Shown piece after piece: positions 1-13,600 of a stretch of 64,000 nt of DNA; the stretch's first letter is position 1, and each line of letters starts with the position of its first letter. The translations under genes and the position numbers were made by a program. Origin of the DNA: Octopus vulgaris (lineage: Eukaryota); NCBI GenBank assembly GCA_951406725.2, contig OX597815.1, positions 58,280,001 through 58,344,000 on the forward strand, written 5' to 3'. Below the pieces are notes generated by a model. It searched no databases, was not told where the DNA came from, and was given only the letters and a program-made list of their open reading frames with translations.

Positions 1-129
1 CTTATTTTATACTGTATTTTTTATTTCTAATCGTTACCCTTACCCTCATTCTTACCCCTAACTTATCGCTTTACACCTCTATATATGTTTATTTACTTAC
101 CTATGGATCCACCTTTTGAATATAGGAGC

Positions 130-600
130 GTCCGCGTACGTGTGTATGCGCATACATACATATGCACGCACATATATGTACATGCATACTTCGATATCTT
201 ATGGCTATACCCATGTGCGCGTGTGTCTCTGTGTGTGTATATGAGTGTATATGTGCACGCACATACGGACACACAGCCGTGTGTGCGTGCGCGTATTAAC
301 ATGAGTACGGGATTCTTTACATACGTTCTTATACACATCCTTTAATATCTTATACCTAGACCTAGAGGCGTGGGTATATACGTGTGTGTATGTAGTGAGG
401 GGCGCGCGTGTATACATGTGAGCGTGTACGCGCGTAATGTCCGTGTATATATGCGGATATTCTGTTGTATGTATGTGTGTGTACGCGCGTGCGTGTGGGT
501 GCGTGTGTGTTTATGTACGTGTTTACACGCGAGTGCGTGTGTATGCTTATGGGCTTGGGGACGTATATGTACGCGTGTATGTGGGTGTATGTATCCATGA
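130..600. repeat. degenerate (TG)/(CA)-rich simple repeat
   Basis: Direct reading; source of spurious CVCV/HTHT ORFs. Confidence 0.85.
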
Positions 601-1264
601 TGATATGTATGTACTAGAAGTCCATTTAATTCAAGGAACCAGATTAAATGCTCATCAGCTCTGATTTACAACGCATTAAGTCCCCAGACGAAACTGTTGA
701 TTTACTGACAGTTCTACAACTAAATTTTATCAATCTCCTGACGACCATGCTTGGTCCGTAACCTCTATACATCCCTTATCTTTACATTCTTTTACACTTT
801 TATCATGTTTTTATCAGGTTCTTTTACTTTTTTTACTTTTATTTCCATTTCTATTTTTACTTTATAACCTTATGCCTTTACATTTATTTATATTTCTTTA
901 TATTTCTTTATATTTCTTTATATTTCTTTATACCCCCTTTACATCTCCTTACAACTCTTTATATCTTTATCCTCTACATTTTTATTTTATATTATTCTAT
1001 ACTTACACTTTTTATATACACTTTTTATATATACTTTTTATCCCTCGTCCCGAACTCTCGCCCCTCCATCTTCACCTCTATATATGTATTTATTTATTTA
1101 CATTACCTCAACATCCAATTTTCCTCATTCTACATTGAGAGAAGAAAGAGATGGACGCTTCAATTCTATGCTGCTGCCGTATTATGTCGTACGTGAACGA
1201 GAGGATTTGCATCCCCAACCATGAATTTTTGATGTAACACATGTCCTTGTGGAAGCTGTTGTGC

Positions 1265-1342
1265 GCGGCTGAAGAAGGCCACAGACATACATTATGCTTT
1301 GTTATAAATCTGTCTAATAAAGGCCCGAAACATATGTACCGC
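1265..1342 (+). ncRNA. type I hammerhead ribozyme (Penelope-associated type, long stem II)
   Basis: gcgg-CTGAAGA-aggcc...ggccc-GAAA-catat-GTA-ccgc. Stem I gcgg/ccgc, intact core, palindromic stem III ACATATGT, GUA cleavage triplet. Confidence 0.75.
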
Positions 1343-1455
1343 TGAATCCTTCGCATCATGTTTTTATTTTATTTTGATCAATTTACTCCACCACCTACAC
1401 CACCAAACGGTATACACAGGTGCTTATAATTATCAAGTACTCACCCCGAATTTCT

Positions 1456-1475
1456 ATATATTTATATATATATAT

Positions 1476-1552
<77 letters not shown>

Positions 1553-1555
1553 TAT
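1456..1555. repeat. (TA)n microsatellite
   Basis: Direct reading. Confidence 0.95.
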
Positions 1556-2545
1556 TTAGTGAGGGAAGAAATGGAGCTGAACGAAGATTCTACAAAATTC
1601 CTTTTTATTATTTTCTACACATGTTTCAAAGGCTGCAAATTCCCTAATTCGGATTGAATAAGGAGACCATTTTGCAGCTTTCTCTTCAGGAAAATCCAGG
1701 AAATAAAATCTCCAAACAAATGCGCAGCAAGCTTTTCGAACAAAACTCTCCCTAGGAGCCCATGGTATGAATGGCACAAAACTCTCTCAATATGCGTTGA
1801 CTTCAGGGTGGGTGAAGGCCGACGAAAAAGTCCGTTGAAATAATTCGAGGTCAAATTCTGGTCAAATTTGCTAGGGGAAGAATTACAGAAAACCAAAGAG
1901 TGTGAATATTTTCTGTATAACTAGTGTTAATGTTCGAATTGTTTTAAGAATGAAAGCTATCTTATTTGGGTGTGAGAAACTACCTACATGTATGTGTGTG
2001 CGCGCCTGTGTATGTGTGGCAGTATGTTAGGAAGCAGCTAGAGAGAAAATATATTGCAGATCTTGTTGGTCAAGCGGCTGATAAAAACCTGTGTCTGTGT
2101 GTTCGTCTGTGACCAGTTTATAGACAGATGCCTTGTCAAACAAGGGGAGAATAATCCCTGATATTGTTTCTAAATAAGTAGCAGATCATACGCTAAAAGG
2201 GGAGTAATTTCCCCTTTCAAATTTAATTCAAAATTTTTTTCCAAATTTTTTCCAAAAATTTTTTTCTTTTCTTAGGACATCAAGGTGTTAATTATCTTAG
2301 GCTTCAATTGTATGCCGCCTCCAGTGGGGACATCTAAAAGAGTTTTGCAAAATCGCGTTAACTAGCTGCCCTCGGGCGAACAAAATGTGAAAAAGTTCAG
2401 AGTTGCAGAGATTACAGATTCTTTTGCTTCTATCAAACGGTACAGACACCGATAAAATCGACCATTCCAGTCTAAATGCTGAATTCGCGTTCTTCAAACG
2501 CCAGATTAATTTACTTAGTCTGGTCGCGCGTTGTTTTCTAAAATC
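1556..2545 (-). mobile_element. Penelope-like element fragment (GIY-YIG C-terminus plus downstream region) between (TA)n tracts
   Basis: ORF 2297-2497 [31 protein letters not shown]...LVN...RCPH resembles the WxIL...CxLC...LxN...CxH tail of PLE GIY-YIG endonucleases. Confidence 0.65.
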
Positions 2546-2555
2546 GCGAAATGTT

Positions 2556-2560
2556 GTATA

Positions 2561-2631
<71 letters not shown>

Positions 2632-2648
2632 GTACATATATATATATG

Positions 2649-2683
<35 letters not shown>

Positions 2684-2684
2684 C

Positions 2685-2749
<65 letters not shown>

Positions 2750-2850
2750 ACATATATATATATCTGTACATATATATATATATATGTATATATATATGTA
2801 TATATATATGTATATATATATATATGTATATATATATGTATATATATATG

Positions 2851-2900
<50 letters not shown>
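2556..2900. repeat. (TA)n / (TATG) compound microsatellite
   Basis: Direct reading; source of the YIYI ORFs. Confidence 0.95.
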
Positions 2901-2903
<3 letters not shown>

Positions 2904-3071
2904 TAATTGTTATCGCCATATTAATATGGCATTCTTATAGAAATAAGAATAATCGCTGCTGCTGGTCAGCTCCATGAGGCCACCGCCATCAAGATAGCTA
3001 TTGATACACGACTGTATCCATTATAACCTTCGAACAAGGGAGGTCAGCCGCTTCACACTGCCAGTCTGACA

Positions 3072-3113
3072 GCTACAGACGCGTTTCGGGGTATTGCCCC
3101 TTTTCAATGTAGC
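3072..3113 (-). ncRNA. minimal type I hammerhead ribozyme, U3-A8 core variant
   Basis: Minus: gctaca-TTGAAAA-gggg caata cccc-GAAA-cgc-GTC-tgtagc. 6-bp stem I extendable (tctgac/gtcaga), palindromic stem III ACGCGT. Confidence 0.75.
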
Positions 3114-3160
3114 GCAGTCAGACCGCAGGTGTCGCCACTGACGTCTCTGTTCGAAAGTTA

Positions 3161-3206
3161 TATTTACCTAGTTTCAGTGGAATACATCCACTTGTTTTCA
3201 ATAATA
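3161..3206 (-). ncRNA. second hammerhead-like motif in the same unit
   Basis: Minus: tatta-TTGAAAA-ca-agtgga tgtat tccact-GAAA-ctag-GTA-aata. Weak stem I and a 2-nt insertion after the core. Confidence 0.45.
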
Positions 3207-3399
3207 GAAATATTAAAATTACGAATTCTCTATAATAGAGATTGCAGCAGCGTTTACTGGAAATTAATTGTTATCGCCATATTAATATGGCATTCTTATA
3301 GAAATAAGAATAATCGCTGCTGCTGGTCAGCTCCATGAGGCCACCGCCATCAAGATAGCTATTGATACACGACTGTATCCATTATATATATATTATATA

Positions 3400-3439
3400 T
3401 ACATTGAAAAGGGGCAATACCCCGAAACGTGTCTGTAGC
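3400..3439 (+). ncRNA. inverted copy of the U3-A8 hammerhead (5' arm truncated)
   Basis: taca-TTGAAAA-ggggcaatacccc-GAAA-cgt-GTC-tgtagc. Confidence 0.6.
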
Positions 3440-3544
3440 TGTCGGACTGGCAGTGTGAAGCGGCTGACCTCCCTTGTTCGAAGGTTATAATGGATACAGT
3501 CGTGTATCAATAGCTATCTTTATAACGAGAAATTTAGTACATGT

Positions 3545-5345
3545 TTTTTATTTATTTATTCTTTTTTTTTTAAACAAAAAAAAATCATTATACATTATAA
3601 CATATGTAAAATGAAAAGGAATGGGAAGTGCCGGTTTCGAATTTTGAACCCGGCAGCCTATAAATCCCAGCAACTAATTTTTCCTTTCCTCGATGATTAA
3701 GCTGGGTTACTCTTTCTGTGGCAGGCTCCTCTTCTCCAGCCCCATCTTTTTCTTCAGATGATATCTGAAGTATTTTAACACACCGGGGCCAGAGACAAAG
3801 GCCACTAGACCTCCCATTCTGGTTCTCCACACACTCTTTCAGTAATGCCACCATACAGTAAAAACAAGCCTTACCTTCCTTTGAGAGTCCAGTTGGCGGT
3901 ATCATCTTTATCATAGATCCAGCCGACAGCTGTACTCGTCCCAGATGCGACAACACGTGTTCAACATAACTTATCAAGCCTGAACGGTTTCATCGTCCAA
4001 ACCATATCTTGGACACGTCGGTGGCACTGACATTCCATGCCTGGATAACTAATCGCGAACAGGTAATGCATTCCTATAGTCAGGGATTTTTGGTAATTGT
4101 CCAAATACCCCGACCTGAAAGTCTTCTTAAACAGGTTGGAGAGTTGGTTCTCATCGAACCCCAGAGCCCCTCCTAGGACGTCGTCATTTTTTGCCTCTAC
4201 CAGCCATCTATAGAACACCGAGGTGGTACTCCCACTGCCGGCCTTGCCCACCTTGTGGATCAGCCAGAGTGCCCATCGGCACTCCTTCTGCCATAAAGTC
4301 AGGTTACGTCTTTTATTGAAACCGGGTTTGAATCTCTCCATAGAGGCCAGTCGCGGGAAGAGTTCCTCTGCCAGCGGACTCCACACCTTATCACCCTCTA
4401 GGTGACACCAGACATGTCTCAGCCTCAATGCATGCTTGCGCATCATTAGCCAAGGCATCCCCAGCCCACCCTTTAGCGGTTCCTGGCAACACACGGAGCG
4501 TCTCACAAGTGGCTTTCCTCCCCTCCACAAAAAGCGGAAAAGGAGTCGTTCCAACTTGCTTAACCACGAATTGGGGCAAGGCACGACGGTCAGGCGGTAG
4601 GTGATGACAGACGCTATAAACATCTGTGCCACCTCCGCTCTCCCTTTCAAGGAAAGATGCCTTCCGGACCACTTCCATACTATAGCTTCTACCTTGTTTG
4701 CTATCTCGCTCCGTCTGGGAGTATGGAACAAACCAAACGCCGAGCAATTTAACAAGACCATCTGTCCAGTGTCCAACAACATTGGACAATATCGGCTTGT
4801 TCCTCCAGGTGCCGAGGCGCAAACCGGTGGTCTTGTCCTTGTTAACTTTTGCCCCTGCCACCGCTTCGTATCTTCGGAGAGCACCTTCTACCTGAGGTAG
4901 CTGTGCTTCGATGGACACGATGAGGGTGACGTCATCCGCATAGGCAGAAACAGACTTACCGCATCCGATTTCATTAGGGTTGCCTCCCAACTTCTCCAAC
5001 TTCCGCAGCAATGGCTCAAGAGCCAAAACATACAGGAGCCGGGACAAGGGACACCCTTGACGAACTGAACGGTTGATCGAAAACGGCTCCATTAGGTAAC
5101 CGTTTATCTGGACTGTGGACTTGATGCCGCTGTACATAGCTGAGATCCACCCGCAGAAGACAGGGCCCAGCCCAGCCGCCCCGAGGACCGCCGCCAAGTA
5201 CCGATGGTCTACCCTATCGAACGCTTTACTTTGGTCTAAATGGACCAATGCCCCTCCTTTGCCGGCTAATTTCCCGACCCTATCTATAGTGTAGCGGAGA
5301 AGGTGAAGATTATCCTGAATTGACCTGCCTTAGATTGCACATGCT
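3545..5345 (-). mobile_element. 5'-truncated L1/Tx1-clade LINE (ORF2 RT and C-terminus, frameshifted)
   Basis: ORFs 4391-5248 (LDQSKAFDRV, VRQGCPLS, YADD), 3961-4884 (GGLG motif) and 3588-3977; A-rich tail on the minus strand near 3545-3570. Confidence 0.9.
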
Positions 5346-6014
5346 TCCTAGGGCTAAACAGCGGTGGTGTAATCCCCTACTGTCACGTTCACATTAGATT
5401 GACAGTATACAACCGTTCTATATATATATACTTTTACACAAAAAAATATATAGACATACATGCATACATGCTTACATAAATCGATGCATGCATGATTACA
5501 TCCATGTATACATGCATGCATACATGCACACTGACAACCATGGAGCCGGTTTTATTTCAGAGTTATCCCAGTTACCTCAGTTAACTTTTCCTATAAGGAT
5601 GCCCTATTAAAGGCTAGAAGTCCTTCACTCCCAATGGGTTAAAAGCGCGATCGGGTATTTAGTCTGATCATTTCTTTGTCATCGCGCATGATACAGCCTA
5701 ATCACATTTATTGGATGGCCATTGAAACGGGAACAAAATTACATTGTTGATTATTAATGAACTTTTTACACATTAGTGACATGATGTAAATATGTGTATT
5801 TGTATGCATGTATGTATGTATGGCAGCAGCAACAGCAGCTGCTGCCATTACTACTGCTATTACTATTGCCTCTGCTACTGCTGATAGTGATATTGCTGCT
5901 GCTACTACAACTGCTGCTGATGATGATGATGGATATCAGTGGTTGAAAATAAACATAAAATAAACGTAGGAAAAAGAATGAAAAACCTAATAATAATTTA
6001 ACATTACTTGAAAA

Positions 6015-8582
6015 GGTAGTGGGTAGCGAACTTCTTCACTACTTCAGGGAGTGACGACCCTGCCTGACACGAGTTCCGGGCTCAGCTGGCTCCGGCTGAC
6101 AGTACCCGGTATGGGCCCCTATCCAGGGTTACGGAAAGGAGACAACCTTCAAAGAAATCCGGAGTGGAGCCCTGAAGGCGGTCTAGTGTTCGACTCGACA
6201 CTCTTCCGGCAGCTCCTGCAACCAAGCTGGTGCCAAACGTAATGCACTGTACTCCTTTGGACTACATCAGCAAGGTCGAGAGAGAAAACCTGATGATTGG
6301 GCTACCCAGGACTTTCTTATCTCTAGCCCAGGCCTGCGCAAAACTGGAGAGGACACTTCAGTGCTGCTGTAAAAAGCTGCAAAAACAACACGGGAGGTAA
6401 CAGTCACGAGTGATAAGTCCATTCAGATTGGCGTAAAATATGGGTGCTACGGGTTACCTCTGACGGTGGGAGGGACCTCCATGTCCTATTGGTTAGCTAC
6501 TGCCCACCTCAAGCTGGGCAGCCCCCAGTTAATAAGGTGCTGACCTGCCACAGGCCGCCTGCTTCATTGGGTGCTTGGAGCTAAGAGTATGACTTGAAAA
6601 GCGGCCTGCAACCTCCGCACCAGGCAAACAACTAAAAGTCAAGAAAACACCAGTCCTGCGGTTGGCAAGCTAGAATGTCAGGACCATGTGCCCTGGAATA
6701 TCTGATGATCTACTCGGGGTTGAAGACACAAGGAAAACGGCCATCATTGACCATGAACTAAAGAGGCTCAACATAGACATTGCTGGGCTACAGGAGACAA
6801 GACTTCCCTCAAACGGCAAACTCAAAGAGCAGGATTTCACCTTCTTTTGGCAGGGAAGAGATCCAGAAGAACCTTGTCAACATGGCGTTGGCTTTGCAAT
6901 GAGAAACTCACTACTCTCCTCAATAGAACCACCATCAGGAGGCACTGAGGGTATCCTCTCACTGCGCCTCTTGACTTCTTCTGGCTCAGTACATCTACTC
7001 AACATCTATGCTCCCACTCTCTACAGCTCAGAGGACACCAAGGACCAGTTCTACAAAGATCTCAACTGTGTCATAGAAAATATACCAACGACTGAAAATA
7101 TCTACCTTCTAGGAGATTTTAACGCTCGCGTGGGATCTGACCATGATTCGTGGCCCATTTGTGTTGGACACTTTGATATTAGCAACATGAATGACAATGG
7201 TCAGAGACTACTCGAATTCTGCACATACCACAACCTGTGCATCACAAACACATTCTTTACCAACAAGCCATCCCACAAGGCATCTTGGAGACATCCAAGA
7301 TCTCACCACTGGCATCAGCTGGATCTCATCATTACACGGAGATCCCTTCTGAATTCTACTCTATTGACCCGCAGTTACCACAGCGTGGATTGTGACACAG
7401 ACCACTCACTAATTAGAAGTAGGGTGAGGATTCTACCTAAAAAAGTCCACCGCTCCAAGAAAGTGGGCCGACCACGCATTAACACTGCCAGAACCTCGGA
7501 CCCTACACTGTGAAAATGTTTTGCTGCTTCTATCAAGGTTGCCCTCAGTGGCTGCCCAACCTCCTCTGCTGAAAGTAGGTGGAACTATATTAGGGAAGCT
7601 TTGTATACGACATCAATAGATACTTTCGGCATGAGAGAAAGGCAAAACCCAGATTGGTTCAATGCTGGGCTCTCAGAGCTGGAGCCAGTTATCGAAGCAA
7701 AGCGTGCAGCTCTGATGCAATACAAGAGCGACTCTTCTACAAAGTCACTCGAAGAACTCAGAAAGGCACGAAATAAAACCCAACTGACAGCCAGACGCTG
7801 TGCAAATAGGTATTGGCAGGAAATCTGTCAGAGTATCCAGTCAGCTGCTGACAGGGGCGACACCCGTGGGATGTATGCCGGTTTGAAGAAGGCCCTCGGT
7901 CCATCCGCAACCAAGTCAGCCCCTCTGAAATCAACTACTGGAGATCTCATCAGGGATCAAAGCAAGCAAATGGATAGATGGGTGGAGCACTACCAGGATC
8001 TCTACTCACGGGAGACTACAGTGGCTGAGGCTGCAGTCGAGAGTGTCAAGATCTTGCCAGTCATGTGCGAACTTGACAGTCCGCCATCTATAGCAGAGCT
8101 CATCAAGGCTGTTGACTCCCTAGCAAGAAACAAGGCTCCGGGAAAAGACGGCATCCCCTCAGAGATCATCAAAGCCGGTAAAAACACCATCCTGCTTCGG
8201 CACCTTCATGAGCTTCTGTGTCAGTGCTGGGAAGAGGGTACAGTCCCCCAGGATATGCGAGATGCTAACATCATTATGCTTTACAAAAACAAAGGTGACC
8301 GTGGTGATTGTAACAATTACTGTGGAATATCTCTTCTAAGCACTGTTGGAAAGACCTTTGCCCGCGTTATCCTGGCCAGGCTACAACTACTTGCTTCTCA
8401 AATCTATCCGGAATCGCAGTGTGGCTTTAGAAGAAGCAGATCAACTATCGATATGATATTCTCCATACGCCAACTTCAGGAGAAGTCCAGAGAGCAGAGA
8501 ATGCCATTATATATGGCCTTCATTGATCTAACAAAGGCCTTTGACTCGGTAAGCAGAACAGGCCTCTTCATCCTGCTCCAAA
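6015..8582 (+). mobile_element. RTE-clade LINE: 5'UTR, AP endonuclease and N-terminal RT; 3' half missing; in-frame stops
   Basis: ORF 6686-7513 (DIAGLQETRL, GVGF, IYAPT, GDFNARVG, DHSL) and 7601-8638 (KAPGKDGIP, GISLLS, PESQCGFR, FIDLTKAFD) are in the same frame, with stops at ~6671 and 7511; homology stops at LFILLQ. Confidence 0.92.
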
Positions 8583-8999
8583 ATATACAAATATACAAAA
8601 ATACACACACACATAAATATGAATCCCTACATACCTAAATTTTAGCCTTTCGTTTTTTTTTTCTCAATTATTATATTAACACACGCGTAACAAATTAATT
8701 TAACAATTAAGAAAAAAAATACGTAAAGCTAAAATTTAGGGTTAGTGTGAGGGTGAGGGTGAGCGTTAGGGTTAGTGAAAGGATGTCTCAGTTTTAGACG
8801 CAGCAAATGATTTAGCTCACTAGAGGCGGTTCATTGACTAAAATTCGAAAAAATTAAACTACGTTAAACAAACGAATTGCAATTTTATCAAGAAAGCCAA
8901 GAGAAAAAAAATGTTTTATTTTGACACATTCTACCAGTATACGAAGTTTTAAAGTGTTTATGGCATGTGCCATTCCAAAGGAAAAGATCCTCTTTGGAA

Positions 9000-10620
9000 A
9001 TGCTTGCATATATGCATACATATATACACACATGCAAAAAACATACATACCTCCATGCATACATAGATACATTCATATGTACATGCATACCTACATACAT
9101 AAATACATATTTACATGCATGTATACATACATTCACACATACAATCATATGTACATATCTGCATCCATGTATGTATAGCTACCTATCTACATATATTCAT
9201 GCATGCATACATACTTTCATACATACATGACTGCCAACATACATGGTTACATATATACATAGATTTTCGCATACATGCATGCATGCATGCCTACATACGT
9301 ATATACACACCTTGCTGTATGCATACATACGTTTCCATATATAAATGCATTTCTGCATACATACATACAAAGCTACAAACATACATACATACATACATGC
9401 TTAGATGCATAAATACATTCATACTTATAGACATATGTATATATATAGGTATGTATTATGTATGCATGAAAGTATACTTGTATGTATGTATGTATGTATG
9501 TAAGTATGTATGCATGTGTGTAGGTATGCATATATGTGTGCACGTATGTATGCATCTATATTTATTCGTATGTATGTATGCATTTATATATGTATGTAGT
9601 TATGGTGTATGTATGGGTGTATGTTTGTATGAAAACTTGTGTGATCTCTTGGGTAAATATAATTTTATATTAACTCAGATTCACCGAATAGTTACTTGCA
9701 TGAAATGTATAAAAATGTTTATTTTTCATGCTGATTTGCAATATTATGAAAACTTTGTGATATCTTGGGTAAAAATAATCTTATCCGTATGAAAAGTATG
9801 AAAATTATTTGTTAGAAAATTGACATGTCAGAAATGTCTACACTAATTGATTGAAAGGATTATGTGACATGTTCTACATTTTAAAGAAAAAAAATGTCAA
9901 AATATTGCTAATAAGCATCAAAAATTTTAATTTGTTGTTTTTAAGTGTACATATTTACACATTTGTGACGTCATTTTTCTCACACTTTTCCTCCTAATAA
10001 CTTTGTGGTAAATGTAAATGCATACATATATAAATGCATACGTACATACATATCTACATATTTGCATACATACACACATACATATGTATGTAAGTATGAT
10101 TGTATGCATGTATGTATGTAGGCATGCATGTATATGAATGTATGTATGCATATGAGCATATGTATGTAGGTATGTTTGTATGTATGTATGCATGCGTACA
10201 TGCAAACTATTTTGAAACCAATAACTTTTCGCAACGGATTGATAAGATTTTGTATGTATGTATTTATGAATGCTTGTATACATGCATGTATGCATTCATG
10301 TATGTATGCTTGTATGTATGTATATATGTGTGCATGTATGTATGCACGTAGATATACATACATATGTATATAAGTATGATTGTATGTATGCATCTAAGCA
10401 TGTATGTATGTATGTATGATTGTATGTATGTATGTATGAATGTATGTATGCATGCAAGTATGTATGCATGAAAGAATAAATGTATGTTTGTATGTATGCA
10501 TGCCTGTATGCATGCATTCATGCATGCTTGTAGATATTCATGCATGTGTTTATGTATGTATGCATGTATGTATTAGTGCATGTAGGTATGCATGTATATA
10601 TGAATGTATGTATGTATGCA
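9000..10620. repeat. degenerate (CATA)n/(TATG)n microsatellite arrays, partly inverted
   Basis: Direct reading; 9370-9440 is the reverse complement of ~10355-10415. Confidence 0.85.
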
Positions 10621-13600
10621 CACCTCTTTGCCGGGACAGCGGGTTCTTTTTCAAGCTAAGTAAGGAAAAGATAGCATCTAGTTCTTCGTTGTTGTCGAAG
10701 GTCACTGCTAGTTGCCATAGGAATTAGAGGAAGATACAGTGAATGTTAAGTGTAGGAAGTCGATAAAATGATACCTTCATGGTGACTGATATTTAGATAG
10801 CAGTCGGTTTTGATGTGACACTGTATCATACTTGACATCCTCACTGTAAGCCTTCTCTCAGTTGAAAACTGGATTCTGCCTGTGGTCGCCTCTACGTCAT
10901 CTTTTTTCTACGATGTTTAGTATTTATAATTATCCAAACTAGTTAGGAGAGACATGTTGTTGAGAACAATAAGTTTCGCTGGCTGTCTATTCTAGCTTTT
11001 GGTGGCCTAGAAGAGGTTAGAAAGGTCAATTAGGAAAGAAATCATTCTGTTTAGCGAATGTAACTGCTGTCACTTACAGAACTATTGTTTTTCTGTGAGA
11101 AAAGTACTGTTGAATTGTTAAATGAAATTTGGCATCCGAGGATCGAATCTACATCTTGCCTGCATGAGCCGCTACATATGTCATGTAGATCAATGCGTGT
11201 ATGTTTATGCATATGTATGTATGTATGCATATAGATCTGTGTGTGTATATATCTATAATTATATATATATATATATATATTATCTATATTTATAATATCT
11301 ATATATGTAAAAATTTAGATTTAGTTGAATATGGTATGGTATTATCCATATAATTCATTATGGGGTGATTATAATTAAAATAAGCAACACACACACACAC
11401 ACATACGTAGAAACTATCTAAGATAAATATCATTTACTACCATGTTTCTGTTGATGAGATTGGTCTCTCTATCTATCTACTTACCATCTTTGTGATGTTG
11501 GTACATGGAATAAGTGTAAAAGTGAATCTTTTCAATTAAACTAAAAAAAAAAAAATTCAGGTGCAGCTGAAGATTGCACAATATTTTAAAACTGATGTAA
11601 TACTTGCATTGTTTAATTGAATGAAGTCGCATGAAAGGATCGTACTGCATTACCTTTGCATATCCTTATTTTGATGATGAGGATGATATAGAAAATAGTG
11701 GCACAACAATGTACCAATTCTTACTGGAAATAGCAGTTGATAATCGTTTGACGCTAGATAAAGCTTTACTGAATATAGGGTGGCAAAGATGTGTGCGGGC
11801 GATGGATATAAAAAAATTTTCGTTTTTACATCTAGGAAGAATGCCCGAGAAATAGTCTACCTGGTACTCACGTTTTGTACTCTTCACAACACACAAATAT
11901 ATATGTGAGTGTGTGTGTGTGTGTGTAGTGCATCTTAAGGGCATGAAGTGGATTTGATCCACCATTGCCAAATTTAAATTGACAGTTCAACAGAAATTTT
12001 TTCTTGATATAACAGTAGTTTTTCGGTGACAGCAGAAATTAGGCCAAAATTATGTCTTCACCACTTGGTGTTTCTAACCTCTTTTAATTCACCAAAAGCT
12101 ACGATTAAGATAACAAGACCACCAACTAAATCTATTGTTCTCAATGACATGTCTATCCTTCTGCAAGAACCCCAAGCAAAAACCACTTCGTCGGCTTGTG
12201 ACAATTCAATCAATTAGTTAATGAATGACAAACTGAAGTCAGAGACAGCTACCATCAGTTAGGAAGAAGAATGCTAGAATCATGATCCAAAGCAAGGCAG
12301 CTACTAAATACAATGGTCAAATAGAGAGATGAAATTTACTGTCAGCAACTATGAGACCCAACTTCCCACACTCTCTCACTTCTCTGCACATTACGATATC
12401 TCTACTGCTGCGAAGTAAAAAAAGTTAAAAGTTTTACTTCGCACGCCCCCAGGATTTTATCACCTGTTCTTTTTCCTTTCTATCCGTCACTCTTCCTCCT
12501 TGACTCTCTCGTTGCTCACACATCACCAATGGCTATTTATCTTTTCTTTTTCCATTTCCTTCCTAAAAAACAGGACGTGCTCTTCTCAAAGCTCGTTACT
12601 CCAGCATTTACCACTTACCGTATTTACTGTTTTGTTCTCACTGTCCTGTTTTTCACACCACTTTAACCCTCCGCAAATCCCCATTTTTTAAAAATTTGCT
12701 TTGTGGGAAAGACTGTTTTAAAGAAGTCGCGTCTTGTCCCCTACCTTCGAAACACAGAGTAGATAAAACAGGAGACAACTGATGGAGGGAATGTTCTTAT
12801 TTTGCCTGCCTCGTATAAGCTTCTTTCGTTGTTCCAATAAAAAGTTCGTTTTTCATGCTTTTGCTTTTTATGATCTTGTTTCACATTTTGTTCACGTGTT
12901 TCAATGTACTATATTATAATATATTATAATTTAAACATTATTTGATTTGTTTTGTGATTTTTAAAATAATAATTATGATATATTTAGGCGTATCATTATT
13001 TCTACTGTCTAAAGGAGACTACGGCATCGGTACTGAATATAAATAGTTATTAGCATGCTAACATGGCAGTCTAGAAAAATAGTACGAATGCTGCCTCTAG
13101 CTAGTTAACACACATATATACTGTGGATAACTTTTGTGACTTAATTTCCAGTTTCCCCTACAATTAACTTACACCCGGAATCTCTCTCCTGCTCTCTTAC
13201 ACACATACTCTCTTTCTCTCTTCCCCTATTCCTCGGACTGGCTAACCTCTACAGGAATGCAGCTATTACTGGCCTCAATCTTGATCATTCCTTCTCTCTC
13301 TCTCTGCTCTCCAGCAAGACACCTGTTTCTAACCTTCCATCATCTGGTGCATGTTTATGTCTAGTGCAACATCCCCTCTCAAGGGAACGTTGTCTTGCAA
13401 GTTACTTGGTGACCTTGTCAGTACTGGTGCCACACAAAAACCACTCAGTCCATTCAACCCTGGAAAGCAGGCATTAAATGATGATGATGATGATCTTTTG
13501 TCCGTGCTGGGAAACTGAGGGACTGCACCAGATACCAGTCTGATTTGGCACATTGTATACATATATTTATGAGTACGTGAGTCTTTGTGTTTATGCTTGT

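Larger units (their letters stand above)
2900..3520 (-). mobile_element. hammerhead-containing pLTR/retrozyme-like repeat: 361-bp period partial tandem plus inverted copy
   Basis: 2900-3024 is repeated at 3261-3385; 3400-3520 is the reverse complement of 2991-3111; contains HHR motifs. Confidence 0.7.

Noticed and set aside
600-770. CTGATGA plus hairpin on minus, and CTGACGA / GAAAC motifs on plus
   Set aside because: No arrangement gives a complete hammerhead: GAAA is missing after stem II or the stems do not pair.
85-2977. ORFs rich in YI/CV/HT dipeptides (also 8854-10727, 24650-25054, 63293-64000)
   Set aside because: Translations of TA, TG and TATG microsatellites, not genes.
8736-8777. 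TTAGGG-like degenerate repeats (also 30-62 on the opposite strand)
   Set aside because: Too short and degenerate for a telomeric array; probably part of a common non-autonomous repeat.
11631-11855. 74-aa ORF with protein-like composition
   Set aside because: No recognisable family, splice context or partner exons.
12695-12800. Stem followed by CGAAAC and a later CTGATG
   Set aside because: Possible decayed pLTR hammerhead, but the core is not recoverable from this copy.
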